Shown: positions 10,537 through 23,944, numbered from the whole stretch's first letter. The stretch is 63,315 bases of DNA, filler included, from Folioceros fuciformis (GCA_049999805.1; 22 parts of 22 records of this genome joined end to end with filler, not necessarily neighbours in it), one strand, 5' to 3'. The notes: generated by a model not told the origin, from the letters alone. Translations and numbers: made by a program.

Positions 10537-13500
10537 TGAAGGATCGCTAGAAGAGCATGGTGAAGGAGAGGAGAGGAGGAGGCAAGGAGCAGAGGAGAAA
10601 GAAAGGTCACACTCTCCCAAAAGGTCTCAATATGCAAGGGAGCTCAAGGGGGTATTTATACTCTCTAGAAGAGCTCCCTGGGAAGCTTCACAAGAAGCGC
10701 ACAGGAAGCTGCGCAAGAAGCGCACAGGAAGCTACGCAAGAAGCTTCCTATAGATTAGCTTAAGCTAATCTAAACTAATTATACTTAACTAGACACTAAT
10801 CTTAGACTAAACACATTAGTCTAAGCACATTGGGCTTTAATAACCCCACAACCTCCCCCTTAAAGGCCAATTTACCTTCATAGGAGAGTAGTCTACCTCA
10901 TGCCCATGAGTGTCCGAGCTTGTGCGAATTGCTCCGAAGAGAGCCCCTTGGTAAGAACATCTGCAGGGTTCTGACTGGTGTGAGCTTTGACAAGTTGTAC
11001 CCTCTTGTCTTCCAACACCTCTCGAATGAAGTGATACTTCACTTCCACATGTTTGGTCTTCGCATGAAACACTGGATTCTTCGCCAACTGGATAGCACTC
11101 TAGCTATCACAATACAACACTGGTAGCTCAACTGCTAACCACTCCCACTGCCAACGCAATGTCAGGACGCGTAGCAGTCATTGCATACATCAAACTCCCC
11201 ACAGCTGATGAGTATGAAACCTTCTCCATTTCAGCTTTGTCCTCCGCAGAGCTTGGGCAATCTTTGCTTGAAAGTTTCACATATGGAGGCAATGGAGTAC
11301 TCAATACCTTCTCCTTCTCCATATTGAAACGTTGAAGCACCTTGTTAATGTATTCAGTCTGAGACAAGTAAAGCAAATGCTTCTGTCTGTCTCAACAAAT
11401 ATGCATGCCAAGAATATGGCTTGCCTCTCCCAAGTTTGTCATGTCAAAGCGACCATTCAACTTTGACTTCAACGTTGAAATCTCATCACTGTTAGTCCCA
11501 GCAATTAGCATATCATCCACATAGAGGACGAGAATGAGCAAGCTTCCATCCTTAGCTTGCTTTGTATAGAGGCAATGATCCTCATTGCTACGTTTGTAGC
11601 CTTGAGAAAGCATAAACGAGTGGAATTTGAAATACCACTCCCTAGGTGCCTGCTTCAAACCATAAAGGCTCTTCTTTAACCTGCACACCAGACTCTCTTT
11701 GTCCTTCTCAATGAAACCCTCTGGTTGCTGCATGTATATCTCTTCCTAGAGATCACCATGCAGAAATGCCGACTTCACATCCATTTGGATAAGTTCCATG
11801 TTGTGCCTCGCAACCAGACCAAGGACACATCGCAAGGTGGTCATTTTAACAATTGGCAAGAAAATCTCATCAAAGTCAATCCCTTGCTATTGCTTAAAAC
11901 CCTTAGCGACCAATCGTGCCTTGTACTTGGGTTTGCCATAATGGGGTATGTCCTTCATCTTATACACCTATTTGCATGGCAACGCCTTCTTACCCTTAGG
12001 CAACCGAACCAACTCCCAAGTTTGGTTCTTGTGGAACGAATCCATCTGCGATTGCATCGCCTTCTCCCACTTGTCCTTGTCTATCATTGATATGGCCTCT
12101 TGGTAACAAGAGGGCTCCCCACAATCCGTCAGCATGACATAATCAAGAGATGCAACATACCTGTCAGGAGGACGTGAGATCCTTCTTCACCTACGAAGCA
12201 CTGGCGCCTCAACCGGAGCTGGTTGCACTCTCTCCTCTTCTACAAGTGGAGGAACTTGTTCCTGCACAGCACGACGTTCAACCTACGCGGGATGGTCAAC
12301 TCCATCTTCTTGAAAGACCACCCGTTGCACTTCCACAGTTGGAGTAGGCTTCTTGTGCATCTTGGTCTCATTGAAGAACACGTCATTGCTGCCAACCATC
12401 CTCTTGGCTTTTGGATCCCATAGACGGTATCCCATCTCACTAGATTCACCATAGCCAAGAAAAAGACATTTCTTGGACTTGGACATTTCTTGGACATTTC
12501 TTGAAAAAGTCAACTTGTCCCGAAATTCCTTCGGAACATGGTAGTACGCCTCGTAGCCAAACACTCGTAGATGCTTGTATGACGGCTTCTTTCCAGACCA
12601 CATCTCCTCTGGAACTTGTTCATCCACAGCCCTATTAGGAGATCTGTTAATAAGATGCATCGCAGTAGCCACTGCTTTTGCCCAAAATCCGTTAGGCAAT
12701 CCAGAGTTAGACAACAAACTACGCATCCTCTCCTGGATGGTCTTGTTCATCCGTTCAGCCACACCATTCTGGGGGGGAGTATACGGCACAGTCAATTCTC
12801 TCTTGATTCCCTTAGAATCACAAAATGACTGGAAAGCCTTCGAGACATACTCTCCCCCATTGTCTGTCCTTAGACACTTCAGTCGGAGGCCACAAGGGTG
12901 ACGAATTTCTGAAACACTGTCAGAACATCATCCTTTTTCCTCAAAGGATAAACCTACACCTTGCGTGAGAAGTCATCAATGAAAGTGTCAAAATAGGATA
13001 CACCGCCTAAGGATATAGTGGGCATAGGTCCACAAACATCACTATGAACCAATTCAAGAGGTTTACTTTTGTGTTTACTCTTGCTCCATGTGGTGACTTT
13101 GTCTGTTTCTCATACAAACAATGCTCACACACGGAGAAATCGGAGAAGTGAAAAACAGGGACGTAACCAAACAAGATAGTATCTTCATTCCTTTTTGAGA
13201 CATATGTCCTAAGCGACTATGCCACAAGGAAACACTTGGTTGTTCCGTTACACAAATCACATGATCCTTGACAGTGGTTACCTGAAGTGAGTACAAAGTG
13301 CCACACTTCGATCCACGAGCTAACACAAGAGAACCTTTGGAGATCTTCCAAGAACGATCTCCCAACCAACAGTGGTAGCCAGCGTCATCCAACTGCCCTG
13401 CGCTAATCATGCTTTTGGTCAACTTCGGAACATGCCTAACATCCTTCAGTACGAATGAAGATCCATTGTCGAACTTCAACTGCACATCACCAACGCCTGC

Positions 13501-13990
13501 AATCTCGCATGCGTAGTTAGCATCCTTTCCTGGTAGCATCATACGTGCTAAACCACTCCCTATGCGGAGTAACATGGAAAGATGCTCTAGAGTCAATTAT
13601 CCAATTAGAGAACAAGTAACTCTCCACGGCTGTCAGTTGTGCAGAATCGAAGGAAGAAGAGGTAAGAACATCTCCATCATCAACAGAGTTCACTTCGTCA
13701 CGCTTGACACTCGGACTTGTCTTGTTGTCGCTTTGCTGCTTCCCCTTTCCTTTGTCCTTTTTGAACTTCTCGCAGTCCCTTCTAATGTGACCCTTCTTGT
13801 AGCAATGGTAACACTCAACATTGTTACGACTACGAGATTTGCTACGGGAAGAACTTCGCTCCTTGTACTTCCCCTTTGAAGTGGATCTTCCTTTCACCAT
13901 GAGGGCATTGGAACCTTTGGAAGGTTCCATATTCTTCCTGTTCACCTCCTTTGTTAACAAGCTACCTTCTATATTTACAACGGTAAGATG
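10537..13990 (-). mobile_element. Copia family A, 5'-truncated degenerate element with 3' LTR
   Basis: Order: gag zinc knuckle (CYHCYKKGHIRRDC), protease (WIIDSRASFH), integrase (PPQNGVAERMN), RT (LYVDDML), RNase H (HARTKH-like FHAKTKH); PPT at 10851-10861; LTR at 10537-10850; frameshifts and deletions. Confidence 0.96.
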
Positions 13991-14364
13991 NNNNNNNNNN
14001 NNNNNNNNNNNNNNNNNNNNNNNNNNNNNNNNNNTTAATTAATTAANNNNNNNNNNNNNNNNNNNNNNNNNNNNNNNNNNNNNNNNNNNNATGGAATTGG
14101 TGCAGATCAATTACGTATTGAGTAATTACATTATATTATTTATTAACATAAAAACATATTAATGAAGAAAAGAACTAGACTTTTTCTAGAAAATGTAAAG
14201 GCATGACCTTTAATTAGAGACACAACCCTAGCGAAACGGTAAGTAGCTATATAAAAACTACATGCACATACACACTATATATGTGCTGAATAATAACACG
14301 AAACCCTAAGCAATGATTCAACACACTATCTTCTATTACACTACATGTCAAGGCTAGACTAGGA

Positions 14365-14881
14365 AATATAAACAAAGTGCAATTTAGTGACAAGAGCAGC
14401 GCAAAAGCCATGCGTAACATTTCCAACAATAGACGTGCTATACCCAAAAAAGTCACCAATGGTCCGAAGCTTATCACCATAAGCTAACTCAATAAAGAGC
14501 CATTTCCACTTTCACCTCTACTGGAACTGCTTTGTAAAATTGAGTATCGGCTGTGAACAGAGACGGCCCCACTTCACTACAAATGTACTAAAATGTGCTC
14601 TTGTTTACACGAAGACATTGTTGAAACATTCTATCTGAAAATGAGAACAATAGCTGTTGTTCCAGATACCCTTGATGGCGCTTGACTGTCCAAGCAGATT
14701 TTCGTTTCTTGGAGGGTTTCTGGATAGCAATATTCTTCTTCACAATACATGCTAAGAGGACATCACATGACACAAGGACAGTATTTGTTAATGTTGAGTC
14801 CGCAAGCTCCATCAGAATGTAAGCGGTAAGTGCGGCTTCAATTTGGTCCCGGCCCATTTGCTGCAAGACACACAGACACAC
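14365..14881 (-). pseudogene. PIF/Harbinger transposase N-terminal (HTH) relic
   Basis: FQQCLRVNKSTF*YICSEVGPSLFTADTQFYKAVPVEVKVEMALY*, then a frameshift to YGDKLRTIGDFFGYSTSIVGNVTHGFCAAL; this is the typical Harbinger/ALP1-like N-terminal pattern. Confidence 0.8.
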
Positions 14882-15437
14882 GGACTCAACAGGTTATAGC
14901 GCACGCAACAAAAATCCAAATGGCACAAGAATAACACAACATACGAACAAAGTCCATGTTGAGAAGTGGTGGCAAGTCTTGCAAGCCTGCAACTCGTGAA
15001 CCCCAAGGATGTGTGCGAAGGTAATGCTGGTTAGGTGCTATGTTTGCGGCATTGCTGTTCAGGTATTCAGCGTAAGGGCAGGTGTAGATCGAATGCATGC
15101 TAGATCTGCATTTGTAGGCATTTTGATGAAATGGAAACCCGCAGACGAGGTGGTGAGAGGATCGCTTGTGGTGGAGGAATCTACCACAAGGTGAAAAAAG
15201 AAAACTGGCGGTTGCACCGGACAAATGTGGAGCGGTAGCCTTGCCTGCGCAGCACCCGCTGACAATTTTCAACATTGCTAGAGGCAAGTCGGCGGTCGTT
15301 AGAGCTTGCATGGCACTCACATGACCGCATAGTGGAAAACCACGTAGGTCACCCATTCATTCTCCACGTCTTGGAAGGTGCGGTTTGTCAACAGTCTGCC
15401 AACAATAATTGAAGTCCACGAGGGACTAACAATGACG

Positions 15438-15608
15438 CTTGTCAGAGCGCTATAGGTGCGGCTTGTCGAAGCTCTATGCCGCTTGTTGCAGCTTTGTGCC
15501 ACTTGTCAGAGCGCTATAGGTGCGGCTTGTCGAAGCTCTATGCCGCTTGTTGCAGCTTTGTGCCACTTGTCAGAGTGCTATAGGTGCGGCTTGTCGCAGC
15601 TTTGTGCC
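15438..15608. repeat. 64-bp higher-order tandem repeat, about 2.7 units
   Basis: Units start at 15438, 15502 and 15566; each is built of three CTTGT-initiated subunits (24+20+20 bp). Confidence 0.92.
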
Positions 15609-15895
15609 GTGCTTGTTGCTCATTCTTCATTTTACATTACGTACAAAGATAGAAGACATGTTCCCATCAAACAACTGGGGTACTACTGAATGTCCAACAT
15701 CGTGAAATCGCGTAGAAAAAGAGAAAACAAACCTTGCAAAGAAAAAGTAGACATATTTGAGAGAAAAAGAAAGAAAGCATCTGGAAAAGCAAAAAAAAGC
15801 AAGCATCTTGGACAAGGAGAAAAGCAAGTATGATGTGAAAAAATCCTCTTATTTGTTTTAGAAACACAACATAAAAAATCCATCTACTATCCCCC

Positions 15896-16294
15896 TTGTT
15901 CATCCCCCTTGCTATTGAAGTGCATGGGGCCATGGGTAAGGATTTTTCCAAGTTTTTGAAGACATGCGTGAAGGCCCCTCACGTCGGCAAGAGCGGCGTA
16001 AGGCTTCCCCTATTCGGCGTGGTGGCATTTTTCTGGCAACGGGTTTCGATTGCACTACAAAAGGCCTTGACAAACGCAATTTTTCAAACAACATCAAGCA
16101 CGGCGGATGCTGCTTTAGCAGCCCCGGTGGTAAGTAGGTCATACCTTATACCAGAATGCGACATCTTAAGAGTGATAGGAGCTACAGGCTAGGTGGACGA
16201 AGGGGTTAGGCCCCCATTCTTGGCTTTTCCCCATTGCGGGCTATTCCCCTTGTCACAGGGTAGATGGAACTTCCATCTCTTTTTTTTCTATAAA
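15896..16294 (+). mobile_element. 3' end of a restriction-like-endonuclease (CRE-type) non-LTR retrotransposon
   Basis: FIPLAIEVHGAMG...FWQRVSIALQKA is the post-catalytic RLE motif; stop at 16192; a short 3' UTR ends T8-CTATAAA at the contig break. Confidence 0.7.
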
Positions 16295-16394
16295 NNNNNN
16301 NNNNNNNNNNNNNNNNNNNNNNNNNNNNNNNNNNNNNNTTAATTAATTAANNNNNNNNNNNNNNNNNNNNNNNNNNNNNNNNNNNNNNNNNNNN

Positions 16395-16640
16395 TGTGGG
16401 CACCGAGAGAGGTGCAGCTGACCGCCGGATAGCGAGGCCTGTCCTACGCCTGATCGGAGCTGGAGGGGAGCCCTCGAATCCATCATCAAGTCGATCAAGT
16501 CCGACAATCCATCCACAGCAACAAGGAACCCCATCGCTCCTTCGTGGGGACGAAACCCAATGTCTCAGCGACAGTGGGATAAGTGTGGCCACTAAAGGTG
16601 GAACCCGTTGGCAATCACTGCCCGGGGTTTTGCCTCCACA
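16395..16640. mobile_element. Terminus of family L LTR inserted into a Copia integrase
   Basis: Reverse complement of 35403-35648; ends CCACA, after which integrase HMRVFGS resumes. Confidence 0.85.
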
Positions 16641-19300
16641 CTCATATGCGAGTTTTTGGCTCCACTGTGTATGCACAAGTCCAAAAAGACATTCGTAAGA
16701 AGTTCGAACCTAAGTTGAAGGAATGCATTTTTGTGGGCCTCACCGAAGGCATTAAGGGCTACAAGCTGCTGAATCGACAAACAAAGTAGACGACACACTC
16801 AAGAGATGTGGTGTTCATCGAAGGAGTTGAGCCAAACCTCACAGTGGGAGACGTAGCCAGCTCTGAGTGGGTTGACGAAGGAGACTACTCCTCAGAAGAA
16901 CAAGAGGAGATCATTGTTGGTGACATGAATGTACCGGTGCCTGCACCATAACCACAAGGTCAACAGAAGCAGGTGGCCACCTCTCTGTCTCCACAAGTAC
17001 CAACAGCCTCACAACAACCAGCAGCAGCCAACCTGAGGCCAATACTTCAAACACCTGTAAAGTTGTCAGCGGAGGATCCTGAGAGTTCTAAACAAACCCC
17101 TCAACAAAGGAAAACACTCAAGTCTACTCACCCGGAGCTAAGGTCTTCAACAAGGATACGTAAGCCTCCAGATTATTGGGTACCTGAAGACTTTAGGCAT
17201 CCAAAATCGCATTTGACTTACTGCTTAGCTGCATACATGAAGGCTTTTGAGCCACAATCCTATGAAGAAGCAATATCATGCCATGATGCAAACTTATGGC
17301 AAAAGGCCATTGACTCTGAGCTAGGCTCACTGTATGAGAACAAGACCTGGTCCCTAACCAGCCTACCTGCACATTGCAAGGCTGTTGGGTCCAAATGGGT
17401 CTTCAAGTTAAAGCTATGAGCAGACGGCAGGATTGATAGATACAAAGCAAGGGTTGGTGCGAAAGGATACTCACAAATTCCTAGAATGGACTATGACGAT
17501 ACATTATGTCCAATTGTCAAGCTAACAACACTCAGATTGTTTGTGGCACTTGCAGCAGTGGGAGACTATGAACTGGAACAGTTGGACATGACCACTGCAT
17601 TCCTATATGGCAACCTCCAAGAGGAAATCTATATGACAGTGCCCTCAGGAGTTGACATTCCACACATTCTGCAAAATCCAGTGTGTAAGCTGCATAAATC
17701 CTTGTATGGGCTCAAATAGAGCCCGAGAGCCTGGTACTCACGTATAGACAACTATCTCAAGTCAATTGGCTATGAAAAAATCAATGCTGATAGCAATGTC
17801 TATATAAAGCGAGAAGGGAGAGAGTTTTTGGCACTTGCCATATATGTCGATGATATAATAATAATGAGTAACTCCCTCTGGATGATAGAAGAACTTAGAC
17901 AGCAGCTAAGCATGGCATTTAAGATCACTACAGGAGGCGCTCTAGAGTTTTGCCTTGGTATGCAGTTATTACGAAACCGCAAGAATGGAACTATATTCCT
18001 ACACAGACGAAGTATGCACAAGAAATCCTTGCTAGATTTGAAATGAGTAATTGCAAACCCATCTCAACACCTATCGAGCAAAACACCAAGTATTATGCAC
18101 AGGTGGGTGACATACCTAAAGAGGACGCAGAGAAGGTACAACAGTATCCCTCCATAAACGGAAGCGTTATGCACCTAATGATAGGATCTCGTCCAGACCT
18201 GGCATTTAGCTCTGGCCTGACCTCAAGGTTTGTTTCAAACCCAAACCTCCACCATAACACTCTGATGACAAGGCTCTACAGGTATATAGCAGCCACCTAC
18301 GACTAGGCTCTACAGGTATATAGCAGCCACCTATGACTAGGCTCTACAGGTATATAGCAGCCACCTACGACTGGGGCATCATGTACAGCTCAAAATAAAA
18401 AATGCATTACAGTCAGTGGCTTACAATGATGCCGTCTGGGCCGCCGACCTTGATAGCAGAAAGAGCGTCTCTAGCTATGTTACCTTGCTTGCTGGAGGTG
18501 CTGTGGCTTGGAGCAGTAGGAGACATACCACAATCGCACTCTCCTCAATAGAAGCCAAATACACGAGTCTCACGTAGGCCTGCAAAGAGGTAACATGGAC
18601 AGTGGGAGCTCTACGAGAATTGGGAGTAGAACAAAGTCTGCCAGCTAGCTTGTTTTGCGACAATCAAAGTGCCATTGCCCTCAGCATGAACCCCAAATTC
18701 CACGCGAGAACAAAGCACATTGAAATACAGCATCATTACATCAGGGAAGTGATTGCAGCAAGAGTGGTGGAAATTATCTACTGCGCAACAGAAGAGATGA
18801 CAGCTGATATTCTCACGAAAAGTCTTGGGCGCATCAAACACTACCAGCACGCCGCCGGCCTTGGACTCCACGCTGCAGGAGAACTCATCAAATGGAGTAG
18901 GGTGCCTAATCAGCAGCTCAACAAAGCTCAAGTGCAGCCGCAAAAGGACTGGAGTGCAAGTGACTGAACAAAAGTAGAGAAGATGGCCTGCCCTTGTTTC
19001 TCGATTTTTGAGTCTAGGTTGCTCAAATCTCGTTAGCAAGTTTAAGCTTTTCTCTATATCAAGTGGATATAGATAAGCAAACAATAAATGACATATATAT
19101 ACATATATAGTTAAATATGTGTAGATACCCCTCTCACCTCAGTGGGAGTGTTAGAGTAGGTTAAATACATTAACTTACTTACAGGTTTAGGGCTAGACAG
19201 TTGAAAACCCTAACCGTCGCCATGTCTTGGTGACGTGACTGAGAACACTGAATAACTACTTTTCTTTTCTCACGCCGTGACACCCGTTTGATCCATCTCA
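16641..19300 (+). mobile_element. Copia family B, 3' half with PPT and 152-bp 3' LTR
   Basis: Integrase SH3 region (ECIFVG...KGYKLLN), RT (IYVDDII), RNase H (CDNQSAI...FHARTKHIEI); PPT AGTGGGAG at 19141-19148; LTR 19149-19300 with TG...CA ends. Confidence 0.93.
18271..18372 (+). repeat. 34-bp tandem triplication inside Copia RT/RNase H
   Basis: AGGCTCTACAGGTATATAGCAGCCACCTAYGACT at 18271, 18305 and 18339. Confidence 0.97.
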
Positions 19301-19723
19301 CCTTCTCCATTTCAGCTTTGTCCTCCGCAGAGCTTGGGCAATCCTTGCTTGAAATTTTCACATATGGAGGCAACGTAGTACTCAATACCTTCCTCTTCTC
19401 CATATTGAAACGTTGAAGCAACTTGTTAATGTATTCAGTTTGAGATAAGTAAAGCAAACGCTTCTGTCTGTTTCGACGAATACGCATGCCAAGAATATGG
19501 GTTGCCTCTCCCAAGTCTATCTTGACAACACGAGCATTCAACTTTGACTTCAACGCTCAAATCTCATCACTGTTAGTCCTAGCAATTAGCATATCATCCA
19601 CATAGAGGACCAGAATAAGCAAGCTTCCATGCTTAGCTTGCTTCGTATAGAGACAATGATCCTCATCGCTACGCTTGTAGCCTTGAGAAAGCATAAATGC
19701 AAGGAACTTGTAATACCACTCCC
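19301..19723 (-). pseudogene. Copia family A RT fragment (target of the family B insertion)
   Basis: Near-identical to 11221-11643. Confidence 0.93.
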
Positions 19724-20191
19724 AGGGTAAGTACCATCCACTACCTTCTAGACTCTACGAGCAACTTAGGTAGATTTCATTTTGACTTTCCAAATGTCAT
19801 AGCGATTTCCATTAAATTTGTCTTTTTCTTTCATGTCTCATGTGAAGGATGGAGACACTGCTCTTGGCTCAATAGGAGGGGTGGGAGCAACCATTACTGA
19901 ATCTACAACAAGCTAGACTACAGAAGAAATTATACAGGTGAGCAAGAATTTCACATGAAGTTGTGGGTTGAGGTCAGAACATTAACTAAAAAATTGTTTG
20001 ACTAATTAGGGCTATTTCTAATTGTCTGGTAGAAGGAGAAGGAGAATAACTGACACAACTGCTATCCAGGGCAACTAGAATTGAGGTGGCTGTTAGAAAT
20101 CAAGCTCTAACTAAATTGTTATTAAGAGCATACAACACTTAGGATAGTGTAGATTATCTCATATTGAACTCGTAGTTATACACCGCCTAAG

Positions 20192-20365
20192 TGTTATTAG
20201 GATATATATCAGGATATACCAGGATATTGCACCATTGAGACTAAGGCTTACCTTATTGAGGGTTGCCCCGCCTGAAGGCTATATATGTAGCATCCTATGC
20301 ACCATAAGGAATGTATTGTGGAGTCCATCAAAGCCAGTGGTGCTATTTCAACATGGTATCAGAGC
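20192..20365 (+). mobile_element. 5' LTR (20192-20353) plus PBS(Met)
   Basis: TGTT...AACA with TATATA, immediately followed by TGGTATCAGAGC at 20354-20365. Confidence 0.85.
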
Positions 20366-20498
20366 CAGAGAGAGCGCCGGCGGCCATGGTGGCTATGGNN
20401 NNNNNNNNNNNNNNNNNNNNNNNNNNNNNNNNNNNNNNNNNNTTAATTAATTAANNNNNNNNNNNNNNNNNNNNNNNNNNNNNNNNNNNNNNNNNNNN

Positions 20499-21257
20499 TT
20501 GCCATGCAAATGAGTGTATAAGATGAAGGACATACCCCATTATGGCAAACCTAAGTACAAGGCACGATTGGTTGCGAAGGGTTTTAAGCAACAGCAAGGT
20601 ATTGACTTTGATGAGATTTTCTCATCGGTTGTCAAAATGACCACCTGCGATGTGTTCTTGGTCTCGTTTCGAGGCTCGACATGGAACTTGTCCCGATGGA
20701 TGTGAAGTCGGCATTTTTGCATGGTGATCTCCAGGAAGAGGTATACATGCACCAACTAGAGGGTTTCATTGAGAAGGGCAAAGAGAATCTAGTGTGCAGG
20801 TTAAAGAAAAGCCTTTATGGTTTGAAGCAGGCACCCAGGGAGTGGTATTTCAAGTTCCACTCATTTATGCTTTCTCAAGGCTACAAGCGTAGCGATGAGG
20901 ATCATTGCCTCTATACGAAGCAAGCTAAGGATGGAAGCTTGCTCATTCTGGTCCTCTATGTGGATGATATGCTAATTGCTGGGAAGAACAGTGATGAGAT
21001 TTCAACGTTGAAGTCAAAGTTGAATGGTCGCTTTGACATGACAGACTTGGGAGAGGCAAGCCATATTCTTGGCATGCGTATTCGTCGAGACAGGCAGAAG
21101 CATTTGCTATACTTGTCTCAGACTGAATACATTAACAAGGTGATTCAACGTTTCAATCTGGAGAAGGGGAAGGTATTAAGTACTCCGTTGCCTCCATATG
21201 TGAAACTGTCGAGCAAGGATTGCCCAAGCTCTGCGGAGGACAAAGCTGAAATGGAAA
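20499..21257 (+). pseudogene. Copia family A RT fragment
   Basis: [34 protein letters not shown] and LYVDDML motifs. Confidence 0.95.
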
Positions 21258-21289
21258 GTAATGACCAGGGGTCTGAGGGGGGGCTGTTT

Positions 21290-22154
21290 GGTCCTTGAGT
21301 CTTGGTGGTTGAATAAACGCTAGGGAGCCTATATATATGGATTCCCCCCCCCTTCCCTTGTAGTTAGGAAATAAGAAACGATCGCTAGGTAAGGAGGGTC
21401 GTGGACTTAGGCTAGAAAATAAGGAAGTTGTGACGCAGCAACGGTGGGGGAAGGTGAACCACTGTCATGGAAGGGACAACTGGTAGTGGAGCTCCGGTGG
21501 GTAGCGGAATCGAAGCGGCCAAGCAGCGGAAAACCCTCAGTAGGACTAGGAGGGTTCGGGTGTGATTTTGAAAAGGAGCACAACCGCAGTGGAGTCGAGG
21601 AGCGGAAGTGGTGGACGGGGCGTGAGCTGAAGGCAGGCAACCGGAGCGAGACACAACTGAGCCTCTAGGGGAGGAGTATGAGTAGTGGGAAAGATAGAGA
21701 GGAGGTGGGAAGCAATAGGATCAGCAGCCGGAACCTGGCCTGAAAACGGTAGCTTATTCAGCGGAATCAGCTTCCAGCTGAAATGGTTCCTCGGCCATGG
21801 AAGACTAACCTTGGGGTGCTGGAATAGGCCTCAAACTAGAAGGAAAAGAAAGCAGGTGAAATAGAGTTGAATTGGAATTTCTGGAATTAAATCCAGAAAA
21901 ATAGGGGTGAAAATAGAAAAGGGAAAATTAGGAAAAGAAAAAGAAAAGAAATACGGGGATACGTATCAATATGTATTAAATATGTATCTAAACCATATAA
22001 AATACATAGGGGGGGTGTCTGTATACGGTCCCTATAACATTAAACTAGGGGACGAAGAATAAGGGAGGGAGGAAGCGCAATGAAGAAGGAGGAGCGGAGA
22101 GGAAAGGGAGAAGTCAGCCATGGAGGGAAGCGGGGCAGAATGGGAGCACGGGAG
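21290..22154. mobile_element. Composite long-LTR fragment
   Basis: 21290-21615 matches 32552-32876; 21665-22075 matches 36618-37062. Confidence 0.75.
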
Positions 22155-22254
22155 NNNNNNNNNNNNNNNNNNNNNNNNNNNNNNNNNNNNNNNNNNNNTT
22201 AATTAATTAANNNNNNNNNNNNNNNNNNNNNNNNNNNNNNNNNNNNNNNNNNNN

Positions 22255-22377
22255 AGTTTCCTAGATGGGTATTCAGGTTACAATCAGATCACACTGAGGG
22301 AGGAGGATCGCGACAAGACGACTTTCACAACTGATTGGGGGACCTACGCCTACACCAAGTTGCCTTTTGGGCTCTGC
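22255..22377 (+). pseudogene. Ty3/Gypsy (Athila/Tat-like) RT fragment
   Basis: SFLDGYSGYNQITLREEDRDKTTFTTDWGTYAYTKLPFGLC (not in the ORF track). Confidence 0.9.
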
Positions 22378-23944
22378 AAAGAAACGTGATTAATACATTG
22401 AGGAGGCTCCCCATCCATGTGAAGACCCATCATGCGCGTCTTAATGCAATTCATCTTGCAGCCCGATAGCTCACCAAAGACCTTGACCTGTTGGAGCGAG
22501 GCTTTCAATGAGGCCTCCTCAGCCGAAGAAAAGAGGAGAGTATCATCTACATATGCAGAGACCCTTAGTTGCGTTCCATTTGGGTTCCGAATACCCACCA
22601 CTGCCGGGTCTTGCTTGACTGCTCTGAGAAAGAAGTCAGTGACAATGATAATTAAGAATGGAGCAAGGGGGCAACCTTGACGTACTGACCGAGAGATGCC
22701 AAAGCGCTCCGTAAAAAACCCATTGACAGCCACCTTGGCTCCTACGTCTTCACACAAAATGACTATCTATTTGCAGAAATTATTCCCAAACCCGAAGCTA
22801 CGCAGGCACCGCCACAGGAAATGCCACTCAAGAGAATCATAAACCTTGTAAAAGTCAAGGGAAATGAAAACGGCAGCTTTCTTCTGTACCTGAGTGTTGT
22901 ACTTAGCTTCCCTTAGGAGTAGTAGGTTGTCCAGGTTGCACCTATTTTGAATGAACCCTCGCTGCTCTTTCTTAATCCAATCATCAAGAAAGGGTGTAAT
23001 TCGGTTAGCCAGTACCTTAGCAATCACCTTGTACGTGGTAGTGAGCAAGGTAATTGGGCGCCAATTGGAGATTGATAAGCTGGCGTCTTGCTTAGGGAGC
23101 AGGGAGATAACCCCCATATTGAACCAGCTCCCCATGCTACCTTCCTCCCAAAACATACTAACCACTTCCATGAATAACGGCTGCATAAATTCCCAGAGCA
23201 AGAACTCGGGAGGGATACCATCATTTCCCGGGGATTTATCCCTTGGCATCCCCTTCAGGGCCTGGAACACCTTGTCAGCAATTATATGCTTATCTAGAGC
23301 CCTGCGCTGGTCATCGAACACTTTAGCCGAAAGCGCGCCATATGAAGAAGACCAAAGCCGTTCCCACCCTGCCACCTTCCCAACGCTGGAAAATATGCCA
23401 ACAAAGAAGAGGGTAATAAGAGTTTTTAAACCTTTGAGCGATTCTTGCACCACGCCTCGCTTGTCTGGAAGGGCAGGGATTCGCGTCCTATGTCGGTTAG
23501 AGGCCACCTTATTGAAGAAGAATTTAGAGGGGCCGTCCCTCTCCCTCACCCACTTAACTTTGGCTTGCTTAAACCAACCTCTGGCCCTGTCTTCTTCCAA
23601 CTTGGCCAAAGCGCACTGCACCTCCGTTTTCCTAGCCTCTTCCGCACTTGTGAAATCCTGGCCCTCGCAGCTCCTCTGTAACCAAAACGATTCCTCCCTC
23701 AAAAAACATTCTTGCTGGCTTTGTTCTCTTGCTCGTTGAACCCCTAGCCTCCTCAAATACCTAGTTGCCTCATTGTTAGCATACATCAATTTGACCACCG
23801 TATTTTCTTCCCCCTGTTCAACTCCTTGCCATATGTTTTTGAAGATTTCAGTAAGAATGTGTTCATCCAAAAATTTTGCATATGCCTCCTTGGGCGCTCA
23901 ACCTCCGGAGCAAGCCTCAAGTGCAAGCTAATGGGGTGGTGGTC
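22378..23944 (-). mobile_element. L1-clade LINE ORF2 fragment (RT)
   Basis: KSPGNDG, NWRPITLL..YKVIAKVLANR, QRGFI, SLDFYKVYD, VRQGCPLAP and AYVDD motifs; disrupted near 22760. Confidence 0.95.

Noticed and set aside
22951-23739. 262-aa plus-strand ORF
   Set aside because: It is the antisense shadow of the LINE RT; the same applies to many short ORFs opposite Copia pol.
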